A stretch of DNA of 63,917 nt, counting the filler, from Sanchytrium tribonematis (taxonomy: Eukaryota): NCBI GenBank assembly GCA_018985235.1. It is 11 parts of 11 records of this genome, joined end to end, with 100 filler letters (N's around TTAATTAATTAA, not from the genome) between each part and the next. Parts side by side here need not be neighbours in the genome. Positions count along the whole stretch, not along the records: positions 48,054 to 51,952 come from JADGIG010000783.1; positions 52,053 to 55,948 come from JADGIG010000784.1; positions 56,049 to 59,943 come from JADGIG010000785.1; 8 more parts are not named here. One strand, written 5' to 3'. Each line of letters opens with the position of its first letter. Within the stretch, counting starts at the first letter, position 1. The translations under genes were made by a program, and so were the position numbers. Below the pieces are notes generated by a model. The model was not told the DNA's origin. It was given only the letters and a program-made list of their open reading frames with translations, and made no database searches. Below, in pieces: positions 48,301 through 59,341 of the stretch.

Positions 48301-50284
48301 ATGTCACATCATGAATTTTTGCAACCTTTTGATAGATATCTTAAAGATCACGCTGAAAGTCTAAGCACGAATTTTTTTGACAAGCAAACGCTCATTGATT
48401 TTGATGGTTCCTTCCAGTGTAAAAAGTCATTATCAGATTTTACTTACGAAATTGATGGATTTGTAAATGCATCTTATAATTGCATAGATCGTCACCCTCA
48501 GGGAAATCCTGCAATTTATTGGGAAACTGATGAACCCAATGATAAGAAAGAAGACAATGTCTTAACTTTTGGCCAATTACTACAGCTTGTGTCACAACTT
48601 GCCAACACGTTACTGGATTTTGGAATTCGTAAGGGCGATAGAGTAGGCATTTGCGCAGGTCAAACTCCGTTTGCTATTATTTCTATGCTGGCTTGTGCGA
48701 GAATAGGAGCCATCCATGTAGTTATTTTTGCTGGATTTTCAAGCGAGGCGATAAAGGATAGACTTAGGGATAGCGAGGCCAAGATCATGATTTGTACAGA
48801 CATTGGTAAACGAGGAAGCAAAACTATACCAATTTTCCAGACTATTTCCAAAGCGTTGCCACCAAATATTGAAAAAGTAATAATTGCTATTCGCCCTTCA
48901 AGTGTTAAAGAACTTTTAGAAATACATTTCAATCCAAAATTCGACAACACTATATACGATACTTCAAAGGTTGCTATCAAGCCATACTTAGATGCCAGAT
49001 GTGTTTACTGGGATGAGGTTGTCACTTTACAGCGACCATTTTGCCCTCCTGCCAAAATACATGCTGAGGATCCATTATTTATTTTGCATACAAGCGGATC
49101 AACTGGCAAGCCGAAAGGTTTATTACACTCTACTGGCGGATATTTGATAGGTGCAGCTTATACTACAAAATACATTTTTAATCTTCAACCTGGAAATGTA
49201 TTTGGATGTATGGCGGACTGTGGGTGGATTACCGGTCACTCTTATATATGCTATGGTCCTCTTTCTCTAGGTGTGACAACTGTTCTCTTTGAACCAACTC
49301 CCGTCTATCCGTCTCCAGCTAGATACGTAGATGCCGTGAAGAAATGGAATATTAACTCGTTCTATACTGCACCAACAGCTATTCGATTACTAAGAAAATT
49401 AGCTGATGAGGTTGGAACGGTAAAAGGAACTAATTGCAAGGTATTGGGTAGTGTTGGGGAACCAATTAATCCAGAAGCTTGGCATTACTATAACAATCGG
49501 TTTGGTGGAAACCAGTGCGAGATCGTGGACACTTATTGGCAAACTGAGACTGGTTCAATAGTCATCTCTCCGTTGCCTTTTGTCACAAAGACGAAGCCAG
49601 GTTCTGCCACTTTTCCATTCTTTGGAATTTCTCCAAAATTACTACATCCAGAGACTTATGATGAAATCAAAGAGACTGAAGCTGAGGGACTTCTAGCTAT
49701 ATCTGAGCCATGGCCTTCAATGGCAAGAACAATTTGGCGTGATCACCATCGCTACTTAAAAACTTACATCGTGAATGGCATGTACCTCACCGGAGATACC
49801 GCTTTTCGAGATGCAGACGGCTATATATGGATTAGAGGTAGAATTGACGATGTGGTGAACGTTGCTGGACATCGCTTAAGCACTGCGGAAGTGGAGTCAG
49901 CTCTTGCCCTGCATCCAGATTGCGCAGAATCAGCCTCGATTGGTATTCCAGATGAAATGTCTGGCCAAGCTGTAATAATTTCTTATTTAGATAATGGTTT
50001 TTGTAGTTCCAAAATACTCTTCACTAATTTCTGATGAAAAATTCATGGCTGCTCTAGTGAAGCAGGTTCGAGACCAAATAGGTCCAATTGCAACGCCAAA
50101 ATATATTGTTTGTGTGCCTGACTTACCAAAAACAAGATCTGGTAAGCTTATGAGAAGATTACTGAGACAACTAGTGGATCGCTGGATGGGGAAAAATATT
50201 TCGTTGGGCGACACTTCAACGTTAGCAGATTCGTCAATTTTAGAAAAAATTGAAGAACGATTATCAGCGACTGCAAAGAAATAA
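48301..50284 (+). CDS. ACS: Acetyl-CoA synthetase; exons 48301-49971 and 49991-50284 (654 aa)
   Basis: TSGSTGKPKG, GEPINPEAW, DTYWQTETG and GRIDDV motifs; catalytic PKTRSGKLMRR lies in exon 2. Confidence 0.95.
49972..49990 (+). other. 19-nt spliceosomal intron (GT-AG, phase 0) in ACS
   Basis: GTAATAATTTCTTATTTAG; removal gives DEMSGQA|IMVFVVPK, matching the Acs consensus GQAI.AFV. Confidence 0.9.
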
Positions 50285-50289
50285 ATTTA

Positions 50290-51782
50290 CTACAATGCCT
50301 TGATATCCAACTTCAAATGGCTAGGTCGTTGCGTTACTTTTAACACGCGCTCAACTTGTGGGGCGTTGACAGAAAGACCAAATTCAAAGTTCAAAATCAA
50401 CTCCGCAATTATTACTTTCATTTCCACAATAGCCATTTGCTTCCCAATGCATCCACGAGTGCCCATCCAAAAAGGCATGTACTTAAAAGGGTCATCATCT
50501 GTTTTCAGTGCTTCCCACCTTTCGGGTAAAAAAGACTCGGGATTGGAATACAAGCTAGGGTCCATTTGCTTTCCTTGAATAGGTACTGCAAATACTGTTC
50601 CTTTTGGGAAGGTGTATTGCTTATAAGAAAATGATTTGGTAGCTTCTCGCATTAGTAAAGCAGCAGGCGTGTATAATCTTAATGTTTCATTGCAGACAGA
50701 TTCTAAGTATTGTACAGAGTTGACTTCCTCCCATGAGATTTGACTGCCTTTCTTGGCCTTTTGCAACTCGGCACGTAATTTCGCTTGTACTTCTTTATTT
50801 TGTGACATGGCGAATAAGGCCCATGACACAGCGGAGGAATTTGTTTCTAAATAAATTTAAAATTGCCATGCCCAGCCACCATAAATGTGACAATGTGATC
50901 CCTTAAACTTGTGGCGATATCAGCAGTCGATTTTCTGGTTTTCGCCACATCCACACATCGACTTAGTAAGTCTTTACCCATTTTCCCACTCTTCATGCGT
51001 TTACTGATCATATCATCTACACAGTTGAATACTAATTTTAATTGTTTTTCCTCGTGAATAATATGTGGTAAAGGGATCCATCCATAAAACGGAAATAATA
51101 TTCTTAGGAAAAAGTCAATGGAAAATACACCAGATACAAACAAGTAGTCAAATGCCTCTGCGACTTTACTCTCACCTCTCAAACAGCCCATATCGTAATC
51201 AAATGCGATTTTGGAAATAATATCTAAAGTACACTTTTGAATATCAATCATTACATCATGATTTTTAGTTGGTGACTTTCTAATGATCTCACAAAGCTTG
51301 ATCGCATTCTCTAGCATAATGGGAAACATTTGTTGAACAGTTGAGATGTGAAATATTGGTAGCATCATCTTTCTATCGCTGGCATGTTCCTCACCTTCTT
51401 CTAGCAATAAGCCTTTAGTGATCTTAAAAGCTTTTTTATTATCCAAGGGTTTAACAAATTCCATGGTAAATTTTGACATTGCGATATGTTGAATTAATTC
51501 ATTGTCATAAATATATACCCTTGGCATACACATCAAGTTGAACCCAAAAATTCCACTTCCCATATCCTGTTGCCATTTGACAAAAGTTTTAGTAAATAAT
51601 CCATTACCAGATAATGAATTCATATTTCCTAAAAAAAAGTTTGCAATTGAGCTGTTAGAATCACCTTTGATGAATGGCATCTGTTTTTTCAATCTGAATT
51701 CAATCAGCTTATTTTTTAAAAGAAAGGTAATAACATAGCAACTTAAAATCGTAACCAACAATTCTAAAATTGTCAGAAACAT
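50290..51782 (-). CDS. Cytochrome P450; exons 51782-50867 and 50846-50290 (490 aa)
   Basis: N-terminal anchor, AGHET after splicing, ETLR, PERW and the FWMGTRGCIG heme motif. Confidence 0.95.
50847..50866 (-). other. 20-nt GC-AG spliceosomal intron (phase 1) in the P450
   Basis: GCAATTTTAAATTTATTTAG; removal joins G+AA to give Glu and restores the I-helix AGHET. Confidence 0.85.
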
Positions 51783-52052
51783 TTCTATGACCTTAAAAAA
51801 TAAATTTATTCGTATATTTTAAATATCATGATATCTTTTTTAATAGCAAATCATTGTAAGTTCTCAATCTTTTTAACTTGGCTTTTTTGGTAACTGATTT
51901 CCTTTTTAATGCGCTGGAAGCAGCTGCACCATCTGCCTTGTATCCGGAGACANNNNNNNNNNNNNNNNNNNNNNNNNNNNNNNNNNNNNNNNNNNNTTAA
52001 TTAATTAANNNNNNNNNNNNNNNNNNNNNNNNNNNNNNNNNNNNNNNNNNNN

Positions 52053-54336
52053 GTTCCCCATCCTCCAAAGGCTGGAGTCTTTGCGGATCCCCATGTGTCT
52101 TGGAATGGAGTTCTAGCAGAAGCAAATCCGTGAGCAGGCGTTTGACTGCCACCATGATTGAAACCCGAAAATGTATCCTGCTTTGGAATATTAGTACTTC
52201 GTTGATAATTTTGATCACCTTCTTCAACTAATTCTTCTACTGCAATATCAACCACCTTTGAGTTAGTATGTAATATAACTCGCGCTAAATCCCCAGTTAT
52301 ATCTTTCACAGTGCCAATATAACCACGGTAAACTCCCTTTTTGATTTTAATATTCTTGTTAATTAATAAAAAGTTCTTTTTCTTACTCTTCTTGTCATCC
52401 ACAGATTGACCAGGAGGATTATCGGCTTTCACCATACGGCTTCTAATATCGTCAATGTTTAATGTTTGATCATTATGCAATAATGCCCGAGACACACCTC
52501 CAAATAATTTTAAATTCTCAGAATTTGTAACAAAAATACCACCATTGTCCTTACTTGTTTTTCCAACAACCCAAACATAATTTTTGTGAATGTGAATAAC
52601 TGTTCCGTCCCTATTGTCATTTGGCAGGATGCTCTGCACCTATATTAATAAATCAATACGGTATCTCCATTGGTGATTGCTCTATATTGTACATCTCGAG
52701 TGACGTAACCGTCAACTCCTTTTCCAGTTTTTATTGTTTTTGATTTTCGTTGGCGATGGTCTAAAATTTGAGCTCGCCTAACAGTTTCAACTTGATTAAA
52801 CTGATTTAGTACGACAAACTTATCGTTCACCATCTGGAAAATACACCCAAATACTATTTTAGCACCTTTAAAATATTTGATTAAATCTTGAACGCCGTAT
52901 ATATCTTTAGCCGCTTTTTCTAACGTCGGTTCAAAGCTCACAATTTTTGATGATATATCAAAACTTTCGGCAACTTCATGTGGAGAGATATCAATTTGGT
53001 CATGAGATCCGTCAAGAAGAATGCTAACCACATCAGCGTCAGCTTTGACAACCATACCTGTTTCATTCTTATGGGCACCTACTAATACTTTTACATGGCT
53101 GCCTTCTTCAAAAGTTTTACGTAGGTCGTCCACTGGAAAATGCAAAATAGTGTTGCGTGGTGGCCCGTCTGGTATATCTTTCAGTAATTTGACAGATGCT
53201 AGTTTTCTCTCAACTGATTCCACCTTTCCATGGAGATTATATAATTCACCTCGAAAAACCATCACAAGATCTCCAGCCTTTACAAAAGCCTGTTCGCTTT
53301 GGCGCAATTGCTCATTAGTTTCAGCATCAAAATCAACATTAAGTCTTCCTCCCTTCTTATAAAAATCAGAAATCTCCTTTCTTGTCGGTCTCGCATCCAG
53401 GATTAGATTGCTTATTTTAATCTCTTTCTCAAGGTAACCATCTTTAAAGCTATCGTTTCCTAATATGTAATAGCCTCGATTGTTTCTTGTGACCTGCTTC
53501 TTCAAAGTAGATGTCAAATCTTTGACATCAAATTTTCTTGCTTTTGGTCTGCCAGCATTTTTGATTCTTTTGCCTTGATCGTCATATTCAGGTGCAGAAG
53601 TATCCACTCTGGGAACAAGTTGAATCCGAACAGATTCTCGAGTGGGACTCACTGCCACGATCCGAGCTACATCCATTTTATATTTACCACGTTTACATCG
53701 AATCCACATACCAGAGTTAACGTTTTCTTCCTTATTATCCTTAAGGCATTGTGGCATTTCAGTCAGTGGTACAACTGTACATTTTTTTAGAGCAAATGGG
53801 ACATTTTCTACAGCCTGAACAACATGCTGTTTTTGGAATGCTTCGACATAAATATAGCCTTTGATATGATCTCTAAAAAAACAACTTATAATTTTTTGGG
53901 GATTTTTCATCAAATTCAGAATAATTTGAGTTTCTCTTCCAGGAACACATTTAACAACAAACAAAGAAGGGTCCTGCCTCTCGGGCATAAGCAAAGATCT
54001 TGGGTAATATTTCATATTAGAAGCACCCTCTGCAGGTGCATAATATTGATTTGGCTCATCATAATTTTGACCACCATATTTTGCTTCTAAACGAGCGGCT
54101 ATGGCTTCTGGGTCCATTTCACGTTCTTCCCTTCTTTTTGGGATTGCCTTTTTCATTGCACTTTCATATTCTTCGACCTCGTCCGCCTCACCTATTTCTT
54201 CATCGTAATATTCTTCCTCTTCTTCTCCCTCGTCGCTCTCGGCTTCATCTAAAATAAACTGATTTCTAGGACGATCCATTTCTTCGTCTAAACTTCCTTC
54301 AAATTCATCTTCTGAATAAAACTCATTGTCAGACAT
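52053..54336 (-). CDS. SPT5: Transcription elongation factor Spt5; exons 54336-52660 and 52639-52053, 3'-truncated
   Basis: Acidic N-terminus, NGN domain (KGYIYVEA), KOW motifs and CTR repeats (SQTPAHG, ARTP, AKTPAFG). Confidence 0.95.
52640..52659 (-). other. 20-nt spliceosomal intron (GT-AG, phase 0) in SPT5
   Basis: GTATTGATTTATTAATATAG; removal gives ITNGDT|VQSI...GTVIHIH, a KOW motif. Confidence 0.88.
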
Positions 54337-54494
54337 TTTTTGCAAATTCCAAACTAGGAGATTTTTAAATTCAATAAATCATTATCGGGAAAACAAATTC
54401 TTAGCTGAAAAACTTTTATTTTAATATTTAAAGTTCGAAAACATAGTATTAGAATACTAGGCTTATTTTGGATCTACGGAGTGATACGTTTCAA

Positions 54495-55948
54495 ATGGAA
54501 ACTCTTTTGATAAATTTATCACTTGATCAATATATTCCCAATTTTAAAGATAATGAAATAGATTCGTCATTACTTCCATACCTAGATCACGATTTATTAA
54601 AAGATATTGGGATTGCCAGTGTCGGCCACAGAATTCAAATTTTACATCATATAACAAGATCTGGATCTGAACTACAAAATCTAGAAGACCAAATAGAAAA
54701 ATTACGCACCGATCTAGATCCGATTTTTAAAATGGCTAAAGATTTGACTGTCTTTCTAAAACGCAACAAAAAGAAGCAAGTCGCGATTAAAGTGTATCAA
54801 GATACAGCTGGTTCGGCTACTGGAGTAGAACTATTTAAAAGCTTCAGAGTATCAACAGATGATCCTTGCTCAAAAATATTACCTGACGCTTTGAGAAAAT
54901 ATAAAATAACCGACGATTGGCAAAATTACGCCCTTTTTATTGTATTTGGACAGAGTGAAAAATGCTTAGGTTATGATGAAAGGCCCTTACTGGTTTACAA
55001 TTCCTTGAAGGAGACTGGGGAAGAGCCATTTTTTGTCTTGAAGCATATTAAGCAAGTGTTGAGTCCTCAAGGAAATCATCAAAATAATGTTCGACTTGAT
55101 AAAGGCAACTCAACAGCCGCCGTAGCAATATATGAATATACAGGTGAAAGAGAAGATGAATTGACAATTTCTATTGGTGACAGGGTATATATTCTTCAAA
55201 AGTCACAAGGCTGGTATATAGTTTCTAAAGGGGCCAAACAAGGATGGGTTCCAAGTGGTTGCTTACTCGAGGACCCAGAAAATGAAATTTATAATTCCTC
55301 AGTTCTTACTGGTGTTGCAATATATGATTACCAAAAAGTGGGCCCAAATGAAATCAGCATGAAAAATGGCGACACTGTTTTAATCAGAAAAAAATTTCAG
55401 CATTGGTTGTTTGTTGAAGTTTCGGGTAAAACAGGGTTTGTACCCTTATGCTATGTAAATATGGAACCATCTAGGGGCCGAGCAGCCAGCAAATCCAATA
55501 CACCGACAAATTCAAATAGCCGTAGACCTAGCAACATGGATTCACCAAGTGGGTCCAAATTTAGCTCGATTTTAGACTTCATCGACCCTTACTTTGATGA
55601 CAGTGAGGTGGAGGACCAGGCAAAAGAAGTACTTAATGCCCTCCAGGACAACATGAACGATATTAAAGATAAATTATCAGAACTCCCAGCACCAGAAGAC
55701 AATAATAGGAAAATTTTTAATGACATCCGTCAAAAATCTGAGAATATGGCATCAGGAACTCTCAAACTAATGGAAACCGTTCAGGATAACATCACTGTCA
55801 TAACACCCAAGGAAATTGACGAATTTACGGAAATGGCACAGAGGTTAGAATCTGTGCTTTCTAAACCAAAATCTTTTAAAAATGATGAAAACATTAGAAG
55901 ATTAACTGATTATCAATCCAGTATTGATCAAATTAATATTGCAATGGG
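54495..55948 (+). CDS. SAM-RA-SH3-SH3 MAPK adaptor (Ste50/Ubc2-like), 3'-truncated
   Basis: SAM (LDQY...LKDIGI.SVGHRI), RA (FKSFRVS.DDPC.KILP.AL.KY.I.DDW.NYAL) and two SH3 domains. Confidence 0.88.
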
Positions 55949-56048
55949 NNNNNNNNNNNNNNNNNNNNNNNNNNNNNNNNNNNNNNNNNNNNTTAATTAA
56001 TTAANNNNNNNNNNNNNNNNNNNNNNNNNNNNNNNNNNNNNNNNNNNN

Positions 56049-56176
56049 CAACCAATTCTACGGACGAGAAAGATAATAAAATCAACTCGGACAAACGAAA
56101 ACCTACATTAAGTTCTGATGGGAATTCGTATGTTCTAATCGGAGCCTTTGCGCTTATTGCGAGCCATTTATTTTAA
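56049..56176 (+). CDS. C-terminal fragment with GPI-signal-like end
   Basis: ...TLSSDGNSYVLIGAFALIASHLF*. Confidence 0.5.
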
Positions 56177-56353
56177 TAAACATATTTAAATATTCTTTGC
56201 TGAACCTTTTCAAATTCCGGTTCAGAAGTATGTGGAATGGATATGTGCACATGATTTGTGTAACATTTGATCGTACTCCCGCATTGCCAATGATTAGTCG
56301 TATCATCTTCCCCGACTTTATATTTAAACGATATGATCCCACATCTCCTTTAA

Positions 56354-56635
56354 ATGTACGGTTTTTTGTTATTGAATATTGTGCTTGCACAAACTAACAT
56401 CACTGATCAATTGCAGAATCCAGCAGTCTTGAACAATGGAACAGACAACACCACCATGGTAGACAATTCCACCAACAGTGATAACTCTACTAGCAGTGAC
56501 AATTCCACTTCAGGCGATAACTCCACAACTAACTCAACCACCACGAGAAAGACATCAAATAATGATAGTAGTGCTTCTTTAGTTTCCGGCTTGACTATTG
56601 TGGGAATCATGGGTGCTACGGGGTTATTTTTCTAA
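56354..56635 (+). CDS. Small Ser/Thr/Asn-rich, probably GPI-anchored glycoprotein
   Basis: Signal peptide, DNST repeats (N-glycosylation sequons) and a hydrophobic tail. Confidence 0.75.
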   Translation: MYGFLLLNIVLAQTNITDQLQNPAVLNNGTDNTTMVDNSTNSDNSTSSDNSTSGDNSTTNSTTTRKTSNNDSSASLVSGLTIVGIMGATGLFF

Positions 56636-56732
56636 TTAATAAATATGTGTTGAGCAAATAGTATCATATTTTCTCTTTCATCGTCTACGTCAGAGACGTT
56701 TTTCAATATAATCAAATGATACCCATATCGGT

Positions 56733-57071
56733 ATGTTTTGGTTCCTGCAGGTCATGGCTCAATATAATGATTCTTTTGTAAATAATACCGATCCTATGGG
56801 TCTCAATAGCTTGCAATACAATAATGTGACTGAAGTCAAGCCATATTACCCAGCCAATATTTCCATTCCCTTTAAAATTGAGAATTTTACCTCAACTGCT
56901 TCAAAGACAAGCAGTAGAAGCGAAGAGGAAACCCAATTTTCCAGCGAAGAAGAAGAGACCGAGCCAGTCACTAATACAACGTCCAGGCAAAGAAGACAGA
57001 TCGTATTTGCAAGTAGTTCCCAATCTTTTTCATTTGACGTGCTAGCCATTTCAATGTATATTATGCTATAA
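56733..57071 (+). CDS. Small secreted or GPI-type glycoprotein
   Basis: MFWFLQVMAQ start, several NxS/T sequons, and SSS followed by a hydrophobic tail. Confidence 0.65.
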   Translation: MFWFLQVMAQYNDSFVNNTDPMGLNSLQYNNVTEVKPYYPANISIPFKIENFTSTASKTSSRSEEETQFSSEEEETEPVTNTTSRQRRQIVFASSSQSFSFDVLAISMYIML

Positions 57072-57098
57072 TAAATTTGTATGACTTAATGTAATTTA

Positions 57099-58022
57099 TT
57101 ACGCCCAAATGCCAATAATTGCCATTAAAGCAGCTCCGAGCCAGAGCGCGAAAAACTGAATTGTTTGATTAAGAATTGGAAGTGCTTTTGTATCCACTCT
57201 TTTAAAATGTGGCGATAGTATATTAACTAAAGCATCGTATATAAGAATTCCAGAAGTAAAAGACTCTAGAACTGCTTGGGATACTAGTGAAGATTCCGAA
57301 TTTGCATTGAAAGATTCGTGAATGCCTACTCCAATTGCGATACCAGTGGGTGTCGTTAGTGAATATACTGCTATCATGAAAAACTTTATCCATGATTTTC
57401 CAAAGTGAGCACTGGTTACAATTGCAGAAAGGGCCATACCTTCAAAAAATTGGTGAAAACTTAAAGCCACAAGCAATGAAGCAAATTGTGGTCCCGCTAC
57501 TCCAAGTGCAATGCCAATTATCACGGAATGTGTTGCAATCCCCAATTCTAACAAATAAATGGTCAAATTTTGAGTATTGTGAGATTTGAGCATTGGATAA
57601 TGGACATGGCCTTCGTGATCTAAAACCTCTTCGTCCAGCCTATCTTCAGGGATATCAGGTGTCTCATCTTCTATAAAATATGCAGCTACCACTTGTATAA
57701 CATGGGTTGTAAAAATACCCGCTAAAACCATTACTCCTCCATAAGCGGCATAATTTTTAAATTCTTTTGGCAAACATGGACTTTGGAATGCTTCTATAGC
57801 CGGTACTAGCATATGTATAAATGCAGTAGATAATATAACCCCGCAGCCAAATAATTTAATATATTGCAGAGCAGTTTTTCCTTGCTCTGTTTTAAAAACG
57901 CTATTTAAAATCATTGGTAAAATAGTACCGGTAAAGCTAATTCCCATTATTATAAATATTCCGCCAATGTGAAGTCCCAAATCGTAAGATTCACTACTCT
58001 CAAAGCCGCATTCATCTGTCAT
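57099..58022 (-). CDS. ZRT1: ZIP-family zinc transporter (Zrt1/2-like)
   Basis: FGCGVILSTAFIHML, LELGIATHSVIIG and FHQFFEGMAL motifs. Confidence 0.9.
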   Translation of the reverse strand: MTDECGFESSESYDLGLHIGGIFIIMGISFTGTILPMILNSVFKTEQGKTALQYIKLFGCGVILSTAFIHMLVPAIEAFQSPCLPKEFKNYAAYGGVMVLAGIFTTHVIQVVAAYFIEDETPDIPEDRLDEEVLDHEGHVHYPMLKSHNTQNLTIYLLELGIATHSVIIGIALGVAGPQFASLLVALSFHQFFEGMALSAIVTSAHFGKSWIKFFMIAVYSLTTPTGIAIGVGIHESFNANSESSLVSQAVLESFTSGILIYDALVNILSPHFKRVDTKALPILNQTIQFFALWLGAALMAIIGIWA

Positions 58023-58464
58023 TTATAAAATGTATCAGTAGGATGAACCGGACGGATGAAGGGGTAAATAAAATTGTAGTCAACCACCTTTATTTTATTA
58101 GTTATCTAAGAATTTTCTGGTAGTCGCATTTACTCGCACGTCTTATCCTCTGACACTAAAGTCGATCCTATCGTAAGTAAATAGTTGTATTTCTTTAAAT
58201 TTTTTAAAAATTATTATTTCCATATCTTGGTCCTCCATCGTCATTCTGCGATACCGAAAGGTACCAGAAAGCAAATGGGCTCTTTTCAAATAAGTTGAGT
58301 TTACATAGTTATAGGTATGTAACCACAATCAAAATGTTGATCTTGAAGACTATATCAAATTAATTGAGTCCAAAAACAACTTACTATTAATAAAATCTGG
58401 TAGCTAAATTTAAAATCTGTAGGTGAGGCCAACAAATTGCCAAATTCACCGATCATTCAAATTT

Positions 58465-58800
58465 TCAAATTCCGTAAAAGTAAGCGTCAGCGTATTCTTT
58501 TGCTATTTCCTTTCTTAATTCGAATGTGCTGGCAAACTGCATGTCAATTTCGAATACTTTTTGAAATGGCTCACAGCCAGTCAATAAATGTCTTATTCTA
58601 GAGTCTCTCCTAAATCCACTTCGCAATAACCTCAGGCATAACTTGCACTGCTTACTAAATCCATGATCGTTTAAATTATGGGCCTTTAAACCTTTCTCCG
58701 ACTGAAATTTTTTATTGCATATATTGCAATCAAATTCGCTCCTTAATATAAATGCAACAGCCATCTTTTCAGAACTTAAGTTATTATTAATGCTACCCAT
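58465..58800 (-). CDS. Small C2H2 zinc-finger protein
   Basis: FDCNICNKKF...LKAHNLNDH plus a second CKLC...H...C finger. Confidence 0.7.
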   Translation of the reverse strand: MGSINNNLSSEKMAVAFILRSEFDCNICNKKFQSEKGLKAHNLNDHGFSKQCKLCLRLLRSGFRRDSRIRHLLTGCEPFQKVFEIDMQFASTFELRKEIAKEYADAYFYGI

Positions 58801-59341
58801 AAATTTAAATGCTGCTCAGGCTACTCTCCTACGTCAAGACACGTTTGAATTTTGATTACGCCATTTTGTCTCACATGTTCGAACCTTGAATAACATTTCG
58901 TTTAGTAGGATAGAATGCTCCTGATCTCTAAATTTTTCTGATTTAAATGACTGGGATATTTTGATGATGTGTTCCGATCTGAATCAAAAAATTGGTTTTT
59001 TTCATTAGAGAAATCAATTTTTAAATCTAATAAATTAGGTTTGTACCCAAATTTTTTCAAAAAATGGAATAGAATAGGTCCGCAACCCAAAATGGGACTA
59101 GAAAACTGGATAACAACTAATTAGCTCGAGTTTTGATAAAGTCGTGCACAACTGACAAATCTTATAATGCAATGAATCGAAAGCTTCAAGGTAATATCTT
59201 ATTATTTAAATCATTATTGCAGGGATAAAATACCACGTTGACCCATGTGCATTACTTTTAGGCGACCCGATGTTTCTCAAATCACGAAGGATCTTTGATT
59301 GGCTAATTTTAATTTATTAGAAATCTCTGACAAGTCTCCAA

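Noticed and set aside
40916..50292. Stop-codon reassignment (TAA/TAG read as sense), suggested by in-frame TAGs in the 45425-45560 pseudogene and in TEs
   Set aside because: PSA1 and the P450 end in TAG, UTP12, HEM13 and ACS in TAA, and FSF1 in TGA, all at expected termini. Long genes have no internal stops.
41203..52659. PSA1, ACS, P450 and SPT5 as frameshifted pseudogenes or programmed frameshifts
   Set aside because: Each break has an extra 19-20 nt bounded by GY...TAG whose removal gives an exact conserved motif. PSA1 and SPT5 are normally essential genes.
57099..58800. Zinc-finger gene as a dedicated regulator of the adjacent ZIP transporter
   Set aside because: Adjacency is the only evidence, and the protein lacks the multi-finger Zap1-type architecture.
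59191..59222. GT...CAG 32-nt intron-like segment upstream of the Rab
   Set aside because: Splicing yields only a short unrecognisable ORF, and the segment does not fit the local intron consensus.
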